NCBI GenBank assembly: GCA_028023455.1 | Contig: JAQFVV010000007.1 | Location: 8,618,001-8,682,000 of the forward strand | Origin: Epiperipatus broadwayi | Lineage: Eukaryota > Animalia > Onychophora | Direction: 5' to 3' | DNA length: 64,000 nucleotides | Shown here: positions 26,291-36,600 of the stretch, piece by piece | Layout: each line of letters begins with the position of its first letter | Position numbering within the stretch: position 1 is the first letter of the stretch | Translations under genes and position numbers: made by a program | The notes under the pieces: generated by a model | The model's input: the letters and a program-made list of their open reading frames with translations, nothing else | Databases searched by the model: none | What the model was told of the DNA's origin: nothing

Positions 26291-26711
26291 ATATAATTCA
26301 AATAGCAGTAACTTAAAAATGACAAACCTTCTTTTCCCTGGGATATATAAACTAAATTTGTACAAATAATCTGTCAATTGAAATATCAGGTTCATGATAA
26401 ACAATCGAATAAAAACAGAAATTATGTCTTACCTTATTTAAATATAGGACAAATCATTCTGAAATTAGGATTGAACATTTAGAAAGTTTACGTCATATTT
26501 TTAATAACCTCATAACATTAATTAAACATCAGTTTTTAAATGTAAATGAAATTTAACACTTCCAAAAGCTTAAAATTTACTCACACCAAATTGGTAGATA
26601 TTATTAATCCTTATTTACATATTTTTACAATCTCATCAGTTTTAACCTATTTACCCTGGTCCACATAAAACGCGTTTGAGACAGCCATTAAGCAAAGTAA
26701 AGGAGTATACG

Positions 26712-26860
26712 TTATTTATCTTTTCTATATGTGTGTGATCATGTATATCAGTTGTATGAGATAGTGTAGATAATTGGTGAGTGCTTGAAAATCTCAGTTC
26801 AAATCCCTTATATTTACAATTAAGCTCCAGGTTTGTGAAGAGTGCCTGGATTTCAAATAT
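26712..26860 (+). mobile_element. Family D partial copy (segment 3' of the cleavage site)
   Basis: ATTTATCTTTT..ATGTGTGTGATCATG..TCAGTTCAAATCCC matches other family D copies. Confidence 0.72.
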
Positions 26861-27595
26861 ATACTAAATAATGCGAAAAAAAAAAAAGATGCAGCCAACA
26901 TGACACATATAAAATCTGATTTTAAAACTGGTAATTATGAATAACGCTACATAAATTCACCACTTTAAAAAGACTTAATATTAAATATATACAAATCTAA
27001 CACGCGATTCAGTTTAGAAGAGGTTAGTAATCGCTTAACCGAAGTGATAAAAACAATTTAAGTGGTCGAAACAATCTATTCAATCAGAAATTATCAGAAT
27101 ACAAAAAGCCTGGGGTCAAAAAGCAGTATTCATTCATCTGTCAATACAAGCTAATGAACACCAATCAGGAGTTTAAAAAATTCTTACAATCTGATTGGTG
27201 TACAGAAGTGGAAGATAAAAATCGATAAAACGTCTTAGACTTTTACGTTATACTGCTATAAACACTATCCATTATTCAATAAAAATGTTTTATATTGCCA
27301 AATAATAAATAGATTTTATATATATTCAAACATGTTAAAGTTTATAAAATAGTGATATGGCTAAAATAAACTGCTAGTAAAGTGACAAATTTTAACAACA
27401 TAGGACCGATGATGGTCACATGATTGTCAAATAATTGCAGGCCATTTCAAGTTACTTTTGCCTTAAGGACCTTAACATAAACATTCTAATCAAAAAGAGA
27501 TTTGAACTTAGGATTTTCAGTCTATATTCATCCTTCACTCCATCTCAAACAACCGATACACATGACTATTCACATGTGAAAAAGATAAATGATCT

Positions 27596-27638
27596 CCAAT
27601 AGACGTATTTCGTGCAGAACCAGCACTCAGTCAGTTGG
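27596..27638 (-). ncRNA. Type I hammerhead ribozyme (family D) with a 1-nt insertion in the core
   Basis: Reverse complement CCAA-CUGACUGA-GUGC-UGGUUCU-GCAC-GAAA-UACGUC-UA-UUGG; perfect stems I and II. Confidence 0.68.
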
Positions 27639-27707
27639 CCAGATTATAATCTCCTACAGATATAGTGAGAAGATTGAAGCATGCATCTGTAGGAGATTAT
27701 AATCTGG

Positions 27708-27749
27708 CCAACTGACGAGTGATGGTTCTGCACGAAATACGTATATTAG
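27708..27749 (+). ncRNA. Type I hammerhead ribozyme (family D)
   Basis: CCAA CTGACGA GTGA TGGTTCT GCAC GAAA TACGTA TA TTAG. Canonical core, palindromic stem III AUACGUAU, single mismatches in stems I and II. Confidence 0.78.
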
Positions 27750-28387
27750 GGATCATCTATCTTTTTTACATGTGTATGGTCATGTGTATCGAATGTTTGA
27801 GATGGAGTGGAGGATGAATATAAAGTGAAAATCCTAAGTTCAAATCCCTCTATTTACTACAGTAAACATTAGTATACTGAATGAATGGGTTAATTATAAA
27901 CATTCTAAGTATTTTTTATACTTCTAATAATAGCAGTAGATTAGGATTGATGCTCAGGAGTTAATAAAAGTTTGAGCACCAGAGATGATAAAGATGGGCT
28001 GTGACTCCTGAGCCTTAAGCTTGAGAATCTGCTACTTTACCACTGCAACTAATTCATGTAATGCATTATTTCTGCTTCTGTAAATTAAATGAAAAATAAA
28101 ACAAAATATAGATTAAATTTTTTATTTATAACAGACACATATTTACTTAAAGACCTCAATGGTAATAGTGGTAGCACAGATTTCTAACATGGCTGATCAG
28201 AAGGTTGAACTCAAGCTGGATAAATGTTCCAAATAGGATTTATCTAAGAATCTAAAATTGATTGGTAAATGGATATCTTTATATTTCTGACATGAAACAA
28301 AAATGAAAAACCATTAAAAAATCTCATCATCTAGCATTAGACTAGGCTACTGAGTAATGATTTCTGTTTTACTATTTTCTTTTGTAG

Positions 28388-28428
28388 GTCTGTTCGAGAG
28401 CCCATTGTCTTGTGCTGAGTTATTTTAA
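28388..28428 (+). CDS. Candidate terminal coding exon, phase-compatible with 21892-22012
   Basis: Acceptor TTTTCTTTTGTAG; joined reading (G)LFESPLSCAELF*; followed by AT-rich UTR-like sequence. Confidence 0.4.
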
Positions 28429-29398
28429 AGCTGATTCGTCTTTTTAAACATGCACACCATTACAAGGAAAGACAATTCTTTGTCATGTAGAAACTGTTAC
28501 TCTTTGCTAATAATAATATGTATTATTTAATAAATTTAAATGTATTTTTCGCTTAATTGTTTAAACTTTTGCCAATCTTTTCTATATTATTATTATTATT
28601 ATTAAAATGTCAATGAAACATCAAAGTTTAACTCTGTTTTATAAATTTTTATTTGTTTGTCTATATTTATTTTTTCAACCTGAAATATCATTTTAAAAAT
28701 AATCATCAATGTTTTTATTTTATTATTGCATAGACCATCTGACCTTTACACATAAATATACAATAAAATTTTCAATAGGAATTAAAATTAGCAAAAATGT
28801 TGTCCAAAGACTACATAATCTAATGGTTTATTGCCTAGGAATTTAAATTAAAATTATGAAACTGATACATCTGCCCATCGATCAACTTTGAACTTCAGGA
28901 TGTGTCTCTCTACTATGACACTAAACCACACAGTTCCATGATAGATCAAAGCCATGCTAAAGTAAAACTATTAAGTATTTACAAGTAAAGTTAGTTTTAT
29001 AATGTATATTTGTCATCGTATGTATATGCTAATGATTAAGGCCTAATGGAACAATACTTAACATACTCAACCCCTAATACCCATTATCTGGGTTTGAATC
29101 CAGATAGAATTCTTTAATTCTTTCAGGATTTTTCTTTTATGTAGTTGGCATATAGTCAACACAACATTCATTTAAAAGTAACTGGTAAAGAATGAATACC
29201 AGATTCATCTGGATTAGTCACATATTGATGCAGCAACTGTAAAAATAAAAATATATATAGTTCATATGATATGCTTATCACTTCTGGTAAGTGATGTGTC
29301 ATAAGGCACATGATTGTTTTATACTATGTTTCAAATGGGGGTGGATCTTTGTTTTTGACATGTTTAAAATGTAAGAATAAGTTATTAATTATAAATAG

Positions 29399-29860
29399 TT
29401 AAAACAGGCAAAACTCATTATATATATTGCCACATACAGCAAGCTAGAGTAATCAATGGATGCCAGAAGGCTTGTGCATAAAATCCCCATCTAGTGCCCA
29501 CTCATCCAATATAAGATAATGGGCTTGGATTGAAAACATTAAGGTGTTTTCAGTTTAAGACTCATAGTTTTGTAATTAAATGGAGATAAAAGGTGGTTGC
29601 TGGAGGGTTGCATTAGATCCTAAGATCTAGGTGCAGTGCTCTCAGATCCAAGGCTCCTCACTGATGAAGGCCATAAGCCAGAAACTAGTCCGGGGATATT
29701 GGATGAGTGGGCACTAGATGAAGATTTTATGCATAAGCTTTCTGACATCCATTGATTACTCTAGCTTGCTGTGTGTGGCAATATATATAGTGAGTTTTGC
29801 CTGTTTTAACAACAGTTATACACAAGCATAAGAGGTGGTGGTCATGTGATGTTTATTGGG
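29399..29860. mobile_element. Family C fold-back element
   Basis: Left arm 29399-29512 is the near-perfect reverse complement of 29696-29812. Confidence 0.85.
29655..29696 (+). ncRNA. Minimal type I hammerhead ribozyme (family C), predicted cleavage after C29690
   Basis: TCCTCA CTGATGA AGGCCATAAGCCA GAAA CTAG TC CGGGGA. Canonical core, GUC triplet, palindrome ACUAGU. First stem I pair is A.C here but A-U in other copies. Confidence 0.82.
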
Positions 29861-29924
29861 TTAATTATAAATAGCATAATAACTTATGATATTTTGAAAA
29901 AAAATAATATAGATTTTATGCATC

Positions 29925-30674
29925 TATATAATGAATAGATTTTGCAGATGGTGTAACTGCAGGAAATGTTGCAGGAATTATCAGATGAAAGTAGGACTAA
30001 AGATAAATGTTAAGAAGATTAAAGTAATGTTTAATGGATTTTCTCAAAATGTGAAAATAAAGAGATTGATTATGATGAGTCAGAAAAAGTTAACAGCTAC
30101 AAATACCTTGGTCATATTATTAATATAGATGGAAATATAATGGATGAAAATAATTATAGAATTAAACTTGGTTGGAGTGCTTTTGGTAGAAATAATTTGA
30201 TACTAAAAGAAAGTATGGCTCTATTTGAAAAGGTTTTTACTAAATGAGTTTTACCAGTTCTTACTTATGAATCTGAGATGTATACCCTTAATAGAAGAGC
30301 AATGCAGAGACTCCAGACCACTCAAAGAAGTATGGAGAGATGCATGTTGGGAGTAACAAGAAGAGATCGAAAACGCAATATATAGGTAAAAGAACAAACA
30401 GGTGTTACTGACCTCATTGAAAAAATAAAAGACTGAAGTGGAGTTGATCTGGACATATTTCTAGAAGAGATGATAATAGATGAACAATTGAAATCTTAAA
30501 CTGGATTCCAAGAGAAAGTAAAAGACCCAGAAAGAGACAACATGTGAGATGGATGGATGAAATAAAAAGTGTGCAGGGGTGATGTGGAAAAAAGAAGTGG
30601 AAGATGGATTGGACTTGGAGAGACCTTCATCCTGCAGTTGATTGAAAATGGTTGCTGATGATGATGATGATGAT
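29925..30674 (+). mobile_element. 5'-truncated RTE-clade LINE (decayed ORF 3' end)
   Basis: RFAD.., VGLKINVKK, YKYLGH, RIKLGWSAFG, QRSMERCMLG and WIPR motifs in order; (GAT)n tail. Confidence 0.85.
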
Positions 30675-33284
30675 ATAACAAAAATTAAAAATATATTTGG
30701 AATGCAAAAAATACTTGCTACTTACTTAAAGAAGATCATTCAATTTCTCTTTGAGGTTGCAAAGTTCTGTCTATTCCATTCAGCTTCACAGCTGTTATTA
30801 TTATGTTACTATTCTTATGTGAAATGGACACTAATGGATTGATGACCAACATGCATAAAACCAGTGCTGTAAGTCTAAGATCAAAAAATACCAGGGCTAG
30901 AGTTGGTACTCTAAAACAATGGAAACTAAAAATGCATTATCATTCAATGATGAGCTGCCTGACACTGGAGATCACTTTTATGAAAAAGAAGATAATACAA
31001 ATTGAAAGAATAGCCTAATATTTTTTTTAAAAAAATGTGAATTTAGAAGGAAATGTCAAGAGATGATTGGAAAAATAAACAAGTGATTTGACATAAAGCT
31101 CAAATATTGGAAGGCAAATGGAGTAGGTTTAGTTATAAATGATGAATAAAAAAATAACATTGTGGTGAGATATGATATATTACAATGGAAAGATTGACTA
31201 TTCATAATGAAATAGTATAAATGCATGTAAACTGTTAAATAAACCTTCAGCTATGAAAAAACTTTTTAAATCATTGGCAATATTTTTCCTTCACTTATTT
31301 TTATGAACAATTATATTGATGCTGCTTTATGCATTTAAATTAATTCAATCCTGAATACTTAATGCATTCTTTCCAATGACTTCGTGTTTATTTCACAGCA
31401 AAAACCTGAATCAAAACATCTTGATTGATTTTCATTCTAACTAAAGTACCTTGATGTCAGAAGTAACAGATAAAACATCAATTCATGCTATGCAGTCATT
31501 ATCTGTGAGAAGATAATCAGTGAAATTGTACAACTTTGTCATTCTGAAAACTATAAAAATATAAACTATAATTTTATATACAATGTTCTTAATTGCTATA
31601 GTAATGGAATAAAATAGTAAAGCAATCAGTTCAAAGTATTGAACAATACTTGTGAATATAGTGAAGAATGGCTTGCAGATTTAAACAACATCATGAAATT
31701 TCTAATCATAAAACAGGAAAATGGTCATCAGGCCAAGAAAGAGCTGTTGAATGTGTGATTGAATTTGCCTGTTTAAAGTAGGTGTGTAATGGAAGTGTAA
31801 TAAAAGCTAAAAATTGGTGATACACATAGAAAAACAATAACTATCAGATAATGATGATTTTATAGGATTTACATAATATAAAAATCAAATTATAGTTTTA
31901 GCATGCCTCAATGCAACAAGCATTTAAAGATGTAAATTACTGGTGATCAGAAAAAGTAAATGCCCCTAGAGCCTTGAAAGATGTTTAAAGTTATCCTGTA
32001 ATAGATGAATTACTACTAACATAAAATTAAAATGATTTTAAACCTTTTTTTTCACATGGTAGAGCAGAGTGTTTATCACTAAGATCATGAGAAGGTTGCA
32101 AGTTCACCTGAAACTGGATTTACTGTGTATCATCCAATTACATATCTCTTATCTAATGCCTAGTTTAAAAATACTGCATTATTTAATGGCTTAATATTAC
32201 TCTCTTCCAATGTGCTAAATGCTGATTCTTCATACAAATCTTTAGTAAGTAATTTAAAATGAAAACTGTTCTTGTGATAACTCAATGCTAGCTAGTGGTC
32301 TGTCATGCTATACTTGTCCCAAATGTGTGCCAAAATAAAAAAAAGAATGTTGACAGTTTGCTCCTTATGCAAAAAAATATTAAAGAATGTGATTTCGAAG
32401 ATGTGATTATCTTAAATGAGAAAAATGTATATGAAATAGATGATGATGATAAAAACTATGCAAGATATCAGTAGTTTGACTCAAACATTGTAAATAGTGT
32501 TATGAGTGCTTGATAAAATGATATGACAAAAATAGTGGTGATGATTAAATAGAAGCCAAAAAGCAATATACAAATGATCCAGAGTTCGGCACTCGAGCAC
32601 TGCACAAAATCAGGCATGGAATCAAGTGCATGCAAGAAATGAATTAAAATTTTTAAGCAGGAAGTGTGGAAAAGTTTTTTAATTTTTATTTTTCTATCCT
32701 CATTAAAATTATATTACGAATATAATTCTTTTTTAAAATATTTAAGATATTCTTTCATGTAACGGTAAAATATTTCATTATAATCCTCATATTGGAACAA
32801 ATCAACTAAAACAAATAACAGAAGACAAAGAACAGATCCAATCAATCTAATGGAAATTGAATAAATTATTCACAAGACAAAGTTACTTCTAATCCAACAG
32901 ACTGAATGTCATAGGAAATGAAGAAGAAAAACATGGGGTAATATTATAAAATTTTATTTTTGTTACATGATGATTTGAGCTTTTGCTTAATAGGACTCAA
33001 AAAATGCTTGCATTAAAACTTTAAAAACTAATCAATAAAGAGTGAAGAAAGTAATGACAATATCTGAAGTACTTTTGTTAAAACAATGTGAGACTATCAA
33101 TACTCCTTGAACATTTTATATTCTAGACGGAATGAATTAAGCACCATTTGAACAGTGAAAATTAAGCAACAACTGAATGGTGACTAGAGTAAAATATAAA
33201 GATTTTTGCTAATGGAAAAACTCAAACTTTTAAAGAAATATTATAGATATTCTACTCTCTCTTGGTCAAAAATAGTCAGTTTAA

Positions 33285-33630
33285 AATATAAATGCATTTT
33301 ATCCACCCTACATTGACATTTTTTAGCAAAAAAATTTATTATTGTACATATGTACACACAATCTTATATTTCAACTGTCTTACAGTCTTCTTCAGAGCCA
33401 CTTTTATTTTAATTTCTTATGTTTTGACTGCCCTGCAATCTTCTTCAGAGGACTTTTAATTTCTTATATTTCAACTGTCCGGCAGTCTTCTTCAAAGCCA
33501 CTTTTATTTTAATTTTTTAAATGGCTCTGAAAAAGACTGCATTGTAAGATTATGTGTATATATATACAATAAAAACTTTTTTTTTGCTAAAAAGTGTTCA
33601 AAGTAGGGTGGATAAATTGCATTTATATAT
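33285..33630. repeat. Family F fold-back containing three 47-53-bp tandem units with a hammerhead half-core
   Basis: Units start at 33363, 33416 and 33463; reverse complement GUGGCU-CUGAAGA-A-GACUG-UAAGA-CAGUU-GAAA. About 85-bp inverted outer arms. Confidence 0.7.
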
Positions 33631-36600
33631 TACGGAAAAATAAAGAAGTGGTGAATTTGGTAATATTTCTGAGGTTTAATATATGTTAATTAAGTTACTG
33701 AAGAGGTATGAGAAACGTAATATTATTCTCATAGTCAGTGACCATACAGAGTGAGCTTTTAATATTATCTGAAAACAATGCTTGTATAATGGAATAAATT
33801 TATCATTCATAATGTTTAAGTAGAATCTAGATAAAAGCATATTAATTTATAGCAATGACTTGAATAGTTTGTCATGGTAATCCAAATTATGATTGTTTTA
33901 TGACCATATTTCAAAGAAAAAGAGAAAGAAATAAACAATCACATACTTTTCTAGTTTTGGAAATTTGTAAACAAAGATTAGTCCAGTCATATAATGTTTT
34001 CAATTATAAATTATCAAACCTTAGTTTATATAAAACGTCAAAAGTCAAAAGCTTTGAAATGACAAATATAAAAATTCTGCATATATATATATCAATAGAC
34101 TGTAAGAAAAACACTGGAACAATCAAAGGTGTGTTCATTTCTACAGTTATTTGTTTCTGATTTTCAAAGAGAGTACCTCATAGTCTCATCCAATCTTTCT
34201 TATGAAGCAATGCCATCCGTGATTCTATCAGGATCCATTCTTTAATAAAATCATAGCCAACAACCTGAGAATGTCAATTAAGAAATAATTGAAGATTCAA
34301 AAATTTTGAATCCAATACTTCAGTTTAGAACCTATTTAACGCAGATACTTCTAACGTTTTTACTCCCAGGCTTAAAAATCAGAACATCAACTATTGGTTA
34401 AATATTCATTTTCTTAGGATTTTATCTGTAAAAGAAAAATAATATTACCTTGGTCAAGAAAGCAATTGCATTTCTGTGCTGATAATGTAAAAAATATAGA
34501 TATGGTGGTGTTCATTAAAGAAAATCACAGACACACAGTCTTTTTACGATTTGATACTAAAAATGGTAAATATAGTACAAATTGATACATCAAATAATAA
34601 AACTAAATTAAAATATGCATATTTATATTAATAAATATTTAAAAGAAAAAAAATTTTTCTTTTTGTTTTAATTAAAACAAAATCTATTATTCCATTTAAT
34701 TATGAAAAATATGAGAGAGAAAATAATTAAAATATTTTTATTAAAATAAATTAATTGTTTTTTTCTATTTCAATCTTTATAGAAATGTTAATTATTTGAA
34801 TTTTTAAACGATTGGTATAAATATAAAATTAGTAAACTTTCAAAATAACTGTCATCTCAAATAATCAATTTTATTTTTTAATTCCATAGTAAGTTGCTTG
34901 GGAGAAATATGCCATTTGAACAACTCAGTTGTTGACAATGGAACATTTCAATTCAAATAAATATAAAAATAGTAAACTTTCAAAATATTTATCTTATCAA
35001 ATAATCAAATACAACAATTTAGAATGATTCAAATAAATGTAAAAATAAAAAACTATTAAAGCAATTATCATCACAAATAATCAATGTGCTATTTGAACAT
35101 CTAAATGGTAAATGGAATACCATAATTCATTCAGTTAACTGATTCGAGATTTTTTTTTTACTTTACTCATTGGAGGATGAATTTAGAAACATTTTCTCCT
35201 TGAACTACCAAAGTGATAAATGCACAGCTAAATTTATTCAAACTAATAATGCATATTCAAGCCACATATATGTTAGAAATCTCAATATTGGGCTATGTTT
35301 CATGATAACAGATGTATAATTTATATAGATGATCACTTATATTCACAATTGTATATGCTTATAAAATCAGAGAGAGATATCAACTGAAATGATTGTGACA
35401 GATTGTGAATTTAGAAATATATACACCTTCATTATCACATATGTAAAAATAATTTACAAATATTTAATAGTCTCTGCCCAACTTATATGTTAAGACATAT
35501 CTGATTGGGTCAATGATTTATGGATAGCATAACTGTCTTTTCATCATATTTTTTGGAAGAGAAAGTGAGATAAAAAAGTGTAAATTTTAGTCTTTTTTAC
35601 TGAAAACAACTCATACATATGAGCCTATTTTCAAGCCATATTAAAAGAAACACATACACACAATAAAAATAAAATTATTCTGATAAGTTGCTCATGAGGT
35701 TAAATAATATTTGAACAACAAAATTACAAACTGAATACAATTATGCACCTTTAGTGATTGAGGTTTTTATTTACTTTACTGAGAAGGAAATTGGTACACC
35801 AGAAAAATTGGCTATATTTAGTTCATCATGTTCAATATTGCTAAACAGAACAAATCACCCTAAGTATTATCACACAACATTTCAAGTGAAGTACTTAAAA
35901 TTATAATTGCCTTAACAGCTAATCAAATAAAGGTTATTTTTATTATGTTATAAGAGGGTCAAAAGTAATGGAAGAAATAAATATTTATCCCGACTCTCTT
36001 ACTTTTATCTTACAGCAAAGCCCTCATGAAATATATTCTGATTATAATTTACATATAAAATATAAAAATTACCTAAAAAAAATTTGAATTTCATTTCAAT
36101 AATCATATATTAATTAACCCTCCTGTATTCTGACAGATTTCTTTGTTATCACTAGATTCAAGCTTTCAATTTTCATTTTGATATTAAATCATTACTATTT
36201 ATCAGAATATAATAGATTTGACCTCATTTAATAGATAATTTTGTTTAGAAATTAAATAAAATTTAAAAAATCACATTTGCTTTCCAGAATTATTTTAAAA
36301 ATTATATTTATTCAAAACAAAATGCTGTCACATTATCAAATTTCAGGTGGTTCTGATTCAATTTATAAAATGAATAAAATCTTCTTTGTTTCATGTTTCA
36401 TTTAAAAATCTCAATGATTTTTAATAGCTACTAAATTTATCAATTTTATGCTTTGAATATTTACAATTTTTTCATAATTTTTATATCACTAAATATCTGC
36501 TGAATGGCTTCATTTCTAGAAAGCTGTGTTTTCCCATGACCATAATATTTCTATAGTAACAATATTCAGAAGAAAATATTCTTTTATATTTAAAAATAAA

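Larger units (their letters stand above)
27505..27850. mobile_element. Family D near-perfect about 340-bp fold-back hairpin with an HHR in each arm
   Basis: Arms meet at ATCTCCTACAGAT / ATCTGTAGGAGAT with an about 23-nt spacer. Confidence 0.88.

Noticed and set aside
27015-27044. TAGAAGA-GGTTAG..CTTAACC-GAAG, possible HHR relic
   Set aside because: Stem II is good but there are three core mismatches and no stem I or III.
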